From the NCBI GenBank assembly GCA_024679065.1, contig JAGIQG010000005.1:107198001-107262000 (forward strand): a stretch of DNA of 64,000 nt, in the 5' to 3' direction. A program made the translations under genes and the position numbers. Origin of the DNA: Sphyrna mokarran. Taxonomy: Eukaryota. The notes under the pieces were generated by a model, which saw only the letters and a list, made by a program, of their open reading frames with translations, had not been told where the DNA came from and searched no databases. This document shows, piece by piece, positions 36,298 through 48,585 of the stretch (positions are counted from its first letter, which is position 1; every line of letters begins with the position of its first letter).

Positions 36298-37818
36298 TAT
36301 TTCAGCAAGGCGATCGATAAGGTCCCCATGCAAAGCTTATTGAGAAAGTGAGGGGGCATGGGATCCAATGGGATGTTGTTTTGTGAATCCAGAGCTGGCT
36401 TGCCAGCAGAAGGCAAAAAGTGGTTGTAGATGAGTCTTTTCCTGCGTGGAGGTCGGTCATCAGTGGAATACCCCAGAGATCTGTTCTGGGACCCTTGTTG
36501 TTTGTGATTTTTATAAATGATCTGGATGAGGAATTGGAGGGATGGGTTGGTAAATTTGCCGATGACATGAAAGTTGGAGGATTTGAGGTTGTTTTCATTA
36601 GAAAGGAGGCGGCTAAGAGGGGATCTTATTGAAGCATATAAGATGATTAGAGGTTTAGATAGGGTGGACAGTGATAGCCTTTTTCCTAGGATGGAGAAAG
36701 CTAGCACGAGGGGACACAGCTTTAAATTAAGGGGTATGAGTTATAGGACGGATATCAGAGGTAGGTTCTTTACTCAAAGAGTGATTAGGGAGTGGAATGC
36801 CCTGCCTGCAGCTGTTGTAGATGCGCCAAGTTTGGTGGCGTTTAAGAGGTTAATTGATAAGTATATGGAAGAGAAGGGAATGGTTTAGTTTGGAGGGGCA
36901 TTGCTTTTTATTTTGGTCGGCACAACATCGAAGGCCGAAGGGCCTGTTCTGTGCTGTAATGTTCTATGTTCTATGTTCTATGTATTGTGGATAGTTTAGA
37001 GGGATGTCAGAAGTTGCAGTGCGACCTAGATAGGATGCAAGACTGGACAGAGAAGTGGCAGATGGACTTCAACCCAAATAAATGTGTAGTGGTACATTTT
37101 GGCAGGTCCAATGGGATGAAGGAATATAATATTAAGGGTAAGACTCTTCGCAGTGTAGAGGATCAGAAGAATCTTGGGGTCAGGGTTCATAGGAACCTCA
37201 AATCAATTTCACATGTACAGGATGTGGTTAAGAAGATGTATATTGTACTGGCCTTCATCAATCAAGGAATTGAGTTTAGGAGTCAGGAGATAATGCTGCA
37301 GCTGTATAAGATCCTGGTCAGACCCCACTTGGAGTATTGTGCTCAGTTCTGGTTGCCTCACTACAGGAAGGATGTGGAAGCCATTTACAAGGATGTTGCC
37401 TGGATTGATTGGCATGCCTTATGAGGATAGGTTGGTCTTTTCTCCCTGGAGAGATGAAGGATGAGAGGGGACTTGATGCCATGTATAAAATGATGAGAGG
37501 TATTGATCAGGTGGATTCTCAGACACTTTTTCCAAGGGCTGAAATGGCTGCCACAAGAGAATACAGGTTTAAAATGCTGAGGAGTAAGTACACAGGAGAC
37601 GTCAAAGGTAAGTTTTTCACTGAGAGGGTGGTGGTTAAGTGAAATCGGCTGCTGTCGGTGGTGATGCAGGTAAATTCGATAGGGTCTTTTAAAAGATTTC
37701 TGGGTGAGTACATGGGACTTAATAGGATTGTGGGTTATAGGTAAGCCTAGTAGGTAGATATCGGCACAACTTGTGGGCCGAAGGGTCTGTTTGTGCTGTA
37801 GTTTTTCTGTGATTCTAT
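36298..37818 (+). mobile_element. Older CR1 fragment (same subfamily as 30863) hosting a young CR1
   Basis: FSKA.DKVP, SGIPQRSVLGPLLF, FADD, RPHLEYCAQFW; UTR ends GATTCTATG. Confidence 0.88.
36578..36983 (+). mobile_element. Young CR1 3' fragment (variant A) inserted just after the FADD motif of an older CR1
   Basis: Host reads FADDMKVGG|IVDSLEGCQ across the insertion; insert near-identical to the 12600 copy. Confidence 0.95.
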
Positions 37819-37994
37819 GAATTCAGCAATCTCAAAATACTACTCCCCAGTGGTTGCTGGCAATCATTTTGTTTTTGTCATTTTCACCTCTTCTAGGCCC
37901 ATCTCTTGTTTCTTTACTTGTCCCATTGCCTTTGACTTTTTTGTCATTCCATACTCCCACAGACCTTTTCTTTTCTTCTATACTCCTCTTCTCT

Positions 37995-38261
37995 GGGGAC
38001 ACAGTAGCACAGTGGTTAGCACTGTGCTTCACAGCTCCAGGAACCTGGGTTCGATTCCCTGTTTGGGTCACTGTTTGCGGAGAATTTGCACATTCTCCTC
38101 GTGTCTGCGTGGGTTTTCTCTGGTTGCTCCTGTTTCCTTCCACGATCCAAAGATGTGCAGGTTAGGTTGATTAGCCATGCTAAAAAAATGCCCCTTAGAG
38201 TCCTGAGATGCATAGGTTAGAGTCCTGAGATGCATAGGTTAGAGGGATTAGCCAGGTAAGT
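37995..38261 (+). mobile_element. V-SINE lacking its tail, fused to a Penelope fragment; internal 22-bp tandem duplication
   Basis: Head and V-domain present; TTAGAGTCCTGAGATGCATAGG x2 at 38195-38238. Confidence 0.87.
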
Positions 38262-38888
38262 ACGCTGCAGGGAAGGATATCCTGAGACATGGTACATTGG
38301 GGAGACTATGCAGACGCTACAACAATGAATGAACACCGCTCAATAATCATCAGGCAGGATGATTGCTGCTGGGGAACACTTCAGCGGTCATGGGCATTCA
38401 GCCTCTGATCTTAGGTTAATTAACAAGATCTTATGATCTCCAAGACAGCCTTCACGATGCATGACAGCGCAGAGTCGCTGAGCAGAGACTGATAGCCAAG
38501 TTCTGCACATATGAGGATGGCCTCAACCGGGATCTTGGGTTCATGTCACACTGTCTGTAACCCCCACAACTTACCAGGAATTGCAAAATGTTACTAACTG
38601 TCCTGCCTGGAGACAATACACATCTCATAACGCTCTCTCCACTGACATTGTCTGTATCTTTGAGACTTGATTACTTGTAAAGACTCACATTCCAATCATT
38701 ATTTTGTAGCTTGAGTTTATATCTTTATATGATCTGTTTGTGAATAGAAATCCCACTTACCTGACGAAGGCACAGTGCTCCGAAAGCTAGTGGCTTTTTC
38801 TACCAAATAAACTTGTTGGACTTTAACCTGGTGTTGCGAGATTTCTTACTGTGTTTACTCCAGTCCAACACTGGCATCTCCACATCAT
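38262..38888 (+). mobile_element. Penelope-like element 3' fragment
   Basis: WYIGETMQTLQQ..NEHR; colinear with the 24317 copy; hammerhead motif at ~38761. Confidence 0.87.
38755..38794 (+). ncRNA. Minimal hammerhead ribozyme motif, partly decayed
   Basis: AC-CTGACGA-A-GGCACAGTGCTCC-GAAA-GC-TA-GT. Confidence 0.6.
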
Positions 38889-39769
38889 TTGAGTGATCCC
38901 AGCTTTTTCCCATGCTGAAACATTTTATCAATCTTAGCACAAAAAGAATTTTGTTTGTAGTTTTGTATCTTGCTTTATTAGGATGATATTGGCATCTCAC
39001 AAACATGAAAATGTTGACTTGTTAATTGGATTGTAATGAGCTTGCATTCTTGTATGTGCATTTATTCACATCATTGTATGAAGCTTATTCTATTCCCTAT
39101 GTGTTGTCTGTGTTCAGGGAACATCTGTAAACATCTACATTTGCTTGTTAGAGGAAGCCACTATATTCTCCCAGAGCTGATAATTCAGAGATCCCAACAG
39201 GTTCTAAGTTTCTTACATTCTCCAATTTTTTTTTGTAATCTCATATACGTGCAGAAGAATTTTTATATAACAATGGGGGTCAGAAGGAGAAGCTGTTTCC
39301 AATATCAAAAGTGTCACTGATGTAGATTGAACTCAAAGTACCAGAAGCAAGAATTTTTGAAGTAGAAAATACATATTTCTTCAAGAAGAAGTATTATGAA
39401 ATATAAATAACTATATATAAACTATTTGGTCCTGTTGCTAGTATGTATAGAATGCTTGCTGCATCATATTGTTAATTGTTAATTAACAAGTTAGCTATTT
39501 AGACTGTAATCCTGATCTGTGTTCTAATAGCTTCCCAGTTAAAGAGATTGTTATAGCTAAGTACACAGTATGCATGATGAAACAAGAGGAACTGAAGAGG
39601 ATAAAACATTATGTGGCAGTAATAATTACTGAAACGTAGCTACACAATCAGGGCTTGGGATTAAATACTACAAATTGCAATGCTTTTGGACAAGATAGGA
39701 AATACAAACATTAGTTTACAAACTGCGTTTTTAGCAGATAGCATAATAGAAGTAGAAACAAAATGACAG

Positions 39770-40084
39770 TGGGCGGCACAGTAGCACAGTAGTTAGCACT
39801 GTTGTCTCTCAGGTTCAATTCCCAGCTTGGGTGACTGTTTGTGTGGGGTTTGCATATTCTGTCTGTGTCTGTGTGGGTTTCATCCAGGTACTCTGGTTTC
39901 CTTCCATGCTCCAAAGGCATGTGGGTTAGATGGATTGGCCATGCTAAATCCCTGCTTAGTGTCAGAGTGATTAGAAGGGTAAATACATGGAATTCCGGGA
40001 TAGAGCTGGATAGGATTGTTGTCAGTGCAGGCTTGAGGGGCCAAATGGCATCCTTCTGTACTGTCAGGATTCTATGGTTCTATG
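39770..40084 (+). mobile_element. V-SINE
   Basis: GGGCGGCACAGTAGCACAG head, V-domain, TTCTATG tail. Confidence 0.87.
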
Positions 40085-40094
40085 ACACATTGAG

Positions 40095-40960
40095 CAGTAA
40101 GATAGAAATAGAATTCATGTGGATTGAGATAGTGAAAGATCAGTCATACTAATAGAATGATTACAGACCACTCAGTAATGGAAGAGAGGCAAAGTAAGAA
40201 TATGCGGACAAATTAGGAACATTATTTAAAACATGAGACTAATTATCGTGAGGGATTTCTACTAACCTAACATTAGTTAGCCAGCAGACATGGCTAAAGA
40301 AGGTAAGAGATTGGAGTTTCTAGAATGTGTTCAGAACTCCTTCCAACACTTTATATAAGGAGGCCAACAAAGGGGAATTTACAATTGGATTTAATAATGA
40401 AACAGAACAAATAAAGAAGGCAAAAATTTGGGGATGTCAAGACAACAGTGATTATAATATAACATACTTAAAAATAATAACTGATAAGGACATCAGCAAG
40501 TTCTGCCAAAGGTCCATCCTGACTCGAAATGTTGGCTCTATTCTCTCTCCACGATGCTGTCAGGCTTGCTAAGCTTTTCCAGCATTTCTTGTTTTTGTTT
40601 CAGATTCCAGCATCTACAGTATTTTGGTTTTACCTCAGCAAGGTTATTGTGTTGGAGAAAAGTTGATTAAAGGACTAAGAAAGGACTTGGGAAAATAAAG
40701 TGGACAACAGTATTGTTAAACAAGAATGTGGAACAGCCACGGTAAATGTTTACACTAATGATCAACAGAGTCCAGGAAAAACATATTCCCATACAAACAA
40801 GAGCAAATTCATCATCAATCAGATACCATAGATAAACAAAGATATCAAGGTAAAAACTGAGGGAAAAGAAAGAAACGTACAGGAAGAATGTGAAAACTAG
40901 AAGAAAGCATGTTAGGAAGAATACAAGATCAATCTAAGCAAGATGGTTGAATCGAGTTTA
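40095..40960 (+). mobile_element. Very old CR1 ORF2 endonuclease/linker remnant
   Basis: EFMWIEI...YRP, EFLECVQ..F..LYI, SDYNITY (SDHN-like) in broken frames. Confidence 0.55.
40501..40634 (+). mobile_element. Short non-autonomous Penelope-like repeat (second family) with decayed hammerhead-like 5' end; TSD TCAGCAAG
   Basis: TCAGCAAG at 40493-40500 and 40635-40642; related copy at ~49399-49530. Confidence 0.65.
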
Positions 40961-41267
40961 GAGGTTATTCTAAAGTACCCAGACAAGGGTCAAACAGAGG
41001 TTGATTTATACTGAAATTTTATTATGGTTTTATAAAACCAAAATGAGGCTAGTTACTTGGGATATTGAAGAGAAACTGGGTGATACAATGTTGGAATGGG
41101 CTGTATGACAGCTGGAAGGGTAATATTTAAAATCATTTTAGATTTTTTGCCACTTACTCATGGGAAGATGGATCCATCAATATAAGGGCCAGCATTCTCC
41201 CAAACAAAAGCGCTCAACAGGTGGGAGAACAAGAGATTTTCCTGCCTGTTTTCTGGGCATGTTTATG

Positions 41268-42220
41268 CTTCTGAAGAGAAAGTTTGGCCAATTTCTAAAA
41301 ATTGTCCATTATAAAAAGCCCTTTTCATTACCTTCTTTGGGCTTTTAAATGGTGCCTGCTTCAGTTAAATGCGTTCTTTCTGAATGAATCTCTGACACAT
41401 CCAATTGCTGGCCTCATGACGAATGCAAACCCCCCCCCCTGAGTGGAGGCCTAACAGGTTACACTCTCAAACCCTGTCTACCTCTCCAACTACCTCAAAT
41501 CTCCTGCTATCTCCCCAATTTCCTAAATACTTTCCCCATGCCCAGAGTATCTCACCATTAATTATTCTTTCACCTCTTCTAATGCCCTCCACACTCCAAC
41601 TACCCCTCATATCAACCCAAATACCCAACCCCCACTTTGCCCGACTTCCATCTTAAATACCGAACTAATCCCATGATTACATCCCACCACCATCCTCCCA
41701 AATTTCTCTGAAAACCCAAACTACCCTCACCCACTATACTTGACTAGCCCCCAACTATTAGTGCTTCCCCAAGCATCATCCTGGACCCGACTACCCAAAT
41801 CTCCTGATGTCCTATCCTCTGACTAACTCCTAATCCTCAAACTATTCCTACATATCCACAACTCCCCTGACTCCCCCAACAACATTCCTAACCCCCATTA
41901 CCCTCTGCAGCCTGTTTGTCCCATTACTACCATCCCACACCCCAACTCTTGACTCCCAACCATCCTGATATCCCCAAATCCAAGTATACCCCAAGCTCCA
42001 ACCTCAACTAGACCCGAGAGCCAAAATGTCTGAACTACATCCCCACTCTCAGTTACTTTCCCAACACATCTAACTACACCCTATTACCATCAGCCATCCC
42101 ATACTTCTGAAGAGAAAGTTTGGCCAATTTCTGAAAATTGCCGATTACAAAAAGCCCTTTTCATTACCTTCTTTGGGCTTTTAAATGGTGGCTGCTTAAG
42201 TTAAATGCATTCTTTCTGAA
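41268..42220. repeat. 117-bp direct repeats (41268-41384, 42104-42220) flanking a C-rich low-complexity tract
   Basis: 7 mismatches counted by eye in 117 bp; partial third copy at ~42332-42388. Confidence 0.92.
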
Positions 42221-44286
42221 GGACTGGCTATAGGATCTGACCCCAGTAACTGGTATTTTGACTCCTGGAGCATCAGTCATTTTTAAGCCAAGTTCTCCTG
42301 TTCTTGCTGAGCCAAGACCCTTTTGCTCTCAGCTTTTAAATATTGACTTCTTTTAAGTTGAATGTATTCTTGCTGAAGGACTGGCTTTCTCATTGAAAAA
42401 AGCTATTCAATTAGTTCTACTCCCCTGCCCTTTTCACATAGCCTGTGATTTCTTTTCCCCTTAATTCAATATCGAATTCCCTCCTTGAGTTGGACTGTCA
42501 TTTTTGTGTCAGCAGGAATTGGAAACTGTTCTGCACTGGCAACATAGCATCCGCTTAACAACATAGTTATATAGTAGATAAAAGCAGATATTATCTCTAA
42601 AATCACTGAGAGACCCTACAATTAAAGAAAGAAAATAATCATACAAAGAATGCTTATTCAGTGAGAACAGAATGGCATGCTGATGAACGAACATAAATTT
42701 CTATGTGCAACTAAATTGCTCCTGTTAAGCTTGCTCTGAATAAGGCTCACTCCATAACACAGTGAATGAGTTTGATAGATTTTATAGCAAATGTTGTTGC
42801 ACTGATTGAAGTCTAATCTTGAACTTGATTTCTTAAAGCAGGTATACAGCAGTACATCTTTGGCCACTTTTGGTTGGAACTTGAGAGGGCTGATGCCTGT
42901 AACAAGGCCATTAGTCAACTTTACTGCTAGATAAATCATGCAGCTGTTAGCTGACTTTAACCCTCTGATACTAAAATGTTGCCTCAATCTTCAGGATCAA
43001 ATATTTGCACAAAATAACTGACATTTTGAAACTAAAATGCAGTTTTCAGTATGTGTGAATGAGCAAATGCATTCATTAGCAAAATTTTCCATGGCATTGC
43101 TCACTGTATTGGCTTCCCCATGAACTGAGTGCAATGCTTGTTCAGATCATTGAGGGTGAATTCAAATTGCCTGTGGGAACAGTGGGTCTGTTCACCATGT
43201 AACTGTGAGTTGAAGCTGGCAGACCATGTTCTGACATTAGATCCACTGTGTAGTAAGGTGCAAGGTACCAGGCACCATTTCTGGCAACATTATGATCAAA
43301 AATTGATTATATGTTGATCTTGCCATCCTAATCAACTGGTTTTTATTGGAATCTGCAGCTCTTAGTCTATGCTGCACTCAATTAGACCAGAGATTTAGAC
43401 CAGAGTTTATAAGGATTCCATGAAGTACTTCAGAATCAATTAAATATTTTTAAATTGCTATTGTAATCTGGGCCAATGTGGTTACTGAGACAGGGGTTGA
43501 GAAAGGGGCTCATAAAGCATATAGGATGCTGGATTTTATAAATATGGGATCTTGCTATGCACAAAATGGCTACTACATTGACCAAGATTATAATAGCAAT
43601 TACATTTTAAAAATATTTAATTGATTATAAAGTACTTTATGAAATCCTAAGGAGCTGAACACACAATATAAAGCAAGTTCTTCCTGAATAATCATTGGCT
43701 TGGATATTCCAAATAGAAACTGAAAGTTAATATTACTCATGTCAAATGTATGAATACATAAACAGTATACATTGTAAAGCTACCAATATAATCAGTGTGA
43801 CTCTTGCAGGACCATTATTCATGTCTCTCTCTCTATGGTTTACAAACATTTTCCAGGCTGCAAACAAAAGCAAACTACTGAAGTCAGGAAGGTTCAGTTA
43901 CCCTATGTTAGAGTGAGCAGGGAAACATTAAGGTCAGATCCAATTCTGAACTTATCTTGAGCCACAGATGGCATTCTTTAGCTGTGGTTCATCATGCAGG
44001 TACAATGTACACTCTAATCTCTCTTCTCCCTCCACTGCTTCTCCTGCCCCAAATGCATTATTTTATTACACTTTAGTGTCACGTAAATGCAGCTTTCATA
44101 CTCAGGTCTGAGGCAGACCTTTCCCCCCTCTGCAGTCATTCATGTAGTGGTCTGATTTATTTCTCTTCCTCGGCATTTCCTCCTTCAGTTAACTAGTCTA
44201 TTTGCCTCCAGATTATTGCATGGGGCAGTTTGGAAAGTTGACTGTTGGTGTACGAGCTATAAGAATGCCATATAAGATGTAGACAT

Positions 44287-44411
44287 GATGTAGAGATGCC
44301 GGCGTTGGACTGGGGTAACTGCCTGACGAAGGCCACAAAGGCCGAAAGCTCACAGATTTACTATCAAATAAATCAGTTGGATTTAAAATTGGTGTTGCCA
44401 GACTTTACTGA
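44287..44411. mobile_element. Short, internally inverted Penelope-like insertion with 17-bp TSD
   Basis: ATATAAGATGTAGACAT at 44270-44286 and 44412-44428; terminal ~35 nt on minus, remainder on plus. Confidence 0.85.
44319..44355 (+). ncRNA. Minimal type I hammerhead ribozyme motif (Penelope-associated)
   Basis: CTGC-CTGACGA-A-GGCC-ACAAA-GGCC-GAAA-GC-TC-ACAG: core CUGANGA/GAAA, 4-bp stem II, palindromic AGCT stem III. Confidence 0.7.
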
Positions 44412-47017
44412 ATATAAGATGTAGACATAAGTGGTCTCTGTTTGTCCCTCAGTTGATTAAGTATTATCATTTCTTCCTCTTTCCATCTGAAGAAGTCAGT
44501 GGAAGAAAGAAAGAACAGAAACAAAAGTAATAAAACAAATTGCATTCAGTTTACTTTCTGGTCATTGTCAATAACTCTAAGGTAAATGAAGAAAGAAAAA
44601 TATTTTTAACAAATGAACAGCTTGAAATTCAGTTGAGTTTATAGGAAAGAGTAAACATTTATTTCAAAAGAGGATAGGAAGTGTCTGTTATTTCATATCG
44701 ACATACTTAGGTAAAGAAGTTTTGATCAAGAACAGTGTCATTGTTGGCTAATGCATTTCCTAGAATTGATTCTTTCATCTGATTTGCACAGACTAATCAA
44801 CAAGATGAGATAAATTCTCAAGCTCAAAATATACTTGAGTTGATCAAAATATATGTTTTTAATAACTTTAATCAGTACTCCAGGAAACAATCAATTGTCA
44901 CAGAATCTTTAAAGAAAATATTTCGCTGATAATTTTTTTAAAATCAAAGGTAAGTTTTTAAAAAAATTCAAAGGAAAAATTTCAATACAGCAACCACAAA
45001 GTGCAATTATTCATCTGTTAGAAAAAGTGTTTAGGCTCCGCATCATCTATTTTTATTCATTGCAAGACCACCCAACAATCAAAAATGGAATCCAAGATGT
45101 GAGTGTGCAATGCTAATTATAAGTGTGTTGTGTGGAGGGAATAGCACTGGCAGCACACTGATTTGGTCCAGGTATATCCCAGTCTGCTGGTACCACAATT
45201 TATTTATCTAATGAGTTCAGTCTCTGCTATTTCTTCCATAGATAGTTTTAAAAGTGCACAAATGCAATTTTGTGAGACCAGGGATAAATATGCCTCCTAA
45301 CTCAACTATTGCCAGTTTCAATTAATGTCTCTAATTAATGTCTCCTTACATGGACTGAAAAGAAACTTTAGTTAATGTCTGCCACCTACATATAATTAAA
45401 CACAACTGAAAGATAATTAATGAATTCCCTTCTTTCTCTTCAAGTAAAAATTAGGGTTAATATACATAAACAAAGTTTCAAAACAAATAAAATTTAAAAA
45501 AAGCTTCATGTTCTGCACATTGTGAGATGTCCCTCCTCCAGAATTCTAATAATTTCATCATACTAGTACTTCATTTACAAAACAACTCAACTGTCGATGA
45601 TCCACCTTTTGAATTGTCGGCATTTTCTTTCTCTCCAGCAGTTGTTTCAAACCAGCAAACTTTACTCATTCAAACCTTTTATAGAGTGTATATTATCACA
45701 CAATCAACAGTTATATGAGTGTTACATTCAAAGGGCATACTATCTTCAGTATACTCTTTGTTTGGAATTTCCATTAAAGTTATTTGAGAAATAGAATCCA
45801 ATTGATTCCATAAGAATCAGTGTTTCAACTGCTTAAATACTTTTTATAGACTTTTTATTTTCTTAGCTTCTCATTTCACCCATAAGAAATATAATGAAAA
45901 CCTGCTGCACAAGGAGATTAGCGTATGAAAAAATTCTAAAAAAATTAGCATGTAAACCTTAGTGTGCATTTCTCCAGATTTTTTAAAAAACCTTTTATTT
46001 GCCCTGAATTGTTCATTTGTGGGGTTACATTAAAATTGATTTTGCTCTTGTACAATATGTTTTTCCTGGCCTTGCAATTAAACTAGGAATTTTCTCATCT
46101 GAGCATCCAACCAGTTCAACTAACCAATCAATCTTCACAATCCTGCCATCAGTTTTTTAGCTATCTCATGATTTGGCAGCTAAATGTAATGGAATAAAAT
46201 CTAAGCAGAACTTTTGATCTAAAGTTACTGCAGATGTTCTGTGTTGAATAGTTAAACCAAAACATTTGAAAGCCCACAAGCCTGACTCCAATCGTAAATT
46301 AAACCTCAATATTATGAATAACACATTTCTCAAGATCTTCATTCACACCAGAAAAGAAATCATCAACATGCATCATGAAAATATTATTTGGTCTTATAAT
46401 ACCAATAAAATATTATGGTTGAATGCAACACTTTTAGTTGAATGCAAGTTATTTTCAGGAAAACAGATCTTACTGAAAAGTACCACACCCTATGTGTGGT
46501 ATCATTCCAACTGTGAACATACTTTTTGGGTTTTCATAGTTTGCTTCTGCATCTGCTGCCTCTTTGGGTATTTCAAAAACAGTTTGTTTTGAAAAGTATC
46601 ACCATGCACATCTTCTGGGGTTCATCTGGTGTACAGCTGGAGGATCAGAGCCATTAATACAGGTTAACGTATGCTATACAGCCAGCATATTTAAACGTGC
46701 CCCCACATTCTTTGGAAATGCTAATCCCACTGAACTTTTTGATTGGAATGACACTTGATGATCTGATAACCAGGACTTTCAGCATTGAAACACTTTTATA
46801 TGTTGAAAAACTATTCATGAAACCAAGGTCTAAGATTGTTGCAATACGTAAGGAGATTTGGAAAGGTGTTTGTGGTTATCATCATCATGGATGTGAATTA
46901 TAGAATTTCTTCAGCGCTTCAACACTAGAGACTCACATCAGAAAATTGTGATTTTTCTGTCCTGTCTTTCCTGTCTCTCCTCTGAATATGCTCGTTCTCC
47001 ATGAGAGTGGTAGATTC

Positions 47018-47332
47018 TAGCCTTTTTCCTAGGATGGAGAAAGCTAGCACGAGGGGACACAACTTTAAATTAAGGGGTATGAGTTATAGGACGGATATCA
47101 GAGGTAGGTTCTTTACTCAAAGAGTGATTAGGGAGTGGAATGCCCTGCCTGCAGCTGTTGTAGATGCGCCAAGTTTGGTGGCGTTTAAGAGGTTAGTTGA
47201 TAAGTATATGGATGAGAAGGGAATGGTTTAGTTAGGAGGGGCATTGCTTTTTATTTTGGTCGGCACAACATCGAAGGCCGAAGGGCCTGTTCTGTGCTGT
47301 ATTGTTCTATGTTCTATTGTTCTATGTTCTAT
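47018..47332 (+). mobile_element. Young CR1 3' fragment
   Basis: ORF 47001-47231 matches the ORF2 C-terminus; UTR and tail present. Confidence 0.95.
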
Positions 47333-48056
47333 TCCTTAGCCATTTTTGAACTCCTGGCATGTTTCTGTAGTGTGCCTCTTAAAACTATTCAGTAATTTTA
47401 TAATAGAGCTGATGAGCTACACCATTGCTATTCGCTCTCGATAGACACTGCTGCCTACTGGCTTTTTTCCATTTGTTCTCTTTTAAAGAATGGCTTTGTC
47501 TGTTGAGGACTAATGAAACAATTACCAAATGAAAAATCCCCGCTTGAGAATTTTACACCTTGTGTAAGCAATGAAGCCCCACTGTTAATTGGTTGCTTGT
47601 AGTTACCAAAATCTGCCTCCCTGAACAAGAACCCTCACCATTTACACCACCGCTGCATATCCCAAACAGTACTCATATCAGACAAAAATATACTGTTTTC
47701 CATTACGTTCATTAACAAGTTTCACTTTATTTGTATTGAATAGTAGTGTCAAAGATAGTCTGCTATTTCAGACATTTCAAATAGATATTTGCACCATCTA
47801 GCAAAATAAATACCAGCAAAAATGATAGAAATATTCAGCAGGTGCGAAAGGTGAGAAAGAAACAGAGTTAAATGGGATTCCCCCTTTTCCTACACCTTGT
47901 TTTGCAGCAGCTGAGGTAGCCTGCCTTTGGGTGGAGGTAATATTTTCCAGTCCCACCACTGTTAGTGGGGTTTCCTGGAAGATCCCACTGGCAGGCACAG
48001 CTAGAATATTCCATCTACTGTTTTAGGTCAGCAACCTTCTGATATAGCACACAATT

Positions 48057-48585
48057 GGGCTGGATTTTACTTTACCAAATCAGGGATGCTGACGTTTCTC
48101 CCTGATGAAAGAAATTAGATGGAGGGTCAGCGCCCCAATATCATCACTTCAACCCTGATAATATTTAAAGGTGCTGAAATTGACAGGCAGCTGCTGTTTT
48201 GAATTTATTAATTAGCAAGCAATTATTAATAAGCCAATCATCTACACTTTTTTTCATTGTTTGTTGCATATTTTAGGAATTGGATGTTAAAAGAATTAGA
48301 CCAGCTACAGCAAGGTGGCACAGTGAGGGGACAGGAGAAAGATTCTGCTGTTGGGGCCATAATTAAATGCAAAATTAGTATGATTTTTATTGACGTTTTA
48401 AGAATCTTTTTTGTGCATTCACTGAATGATAAAGACTGTTCCTGTGCTCAAGCGGCCTTTCCAATTCTAACCGCAACCGTGGCAATACTCCTGTCACCTG
48501 ATGTGCCCGGCCTGATGTGCCAATTCTCAGAACCCACAAGTTATATATTCTGTTTACTTTGACTCATAGTCACAAAATCCCGCCC
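48057..48585. mobile_element. MITE / non-autonomous DNA transposon with GGGC.GGATTTT termini
   Basis: GGGCTGGATTTT ... AAAATCCCGCCC; further small relatives follow at 48610-48826. Confidence 0.5.
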
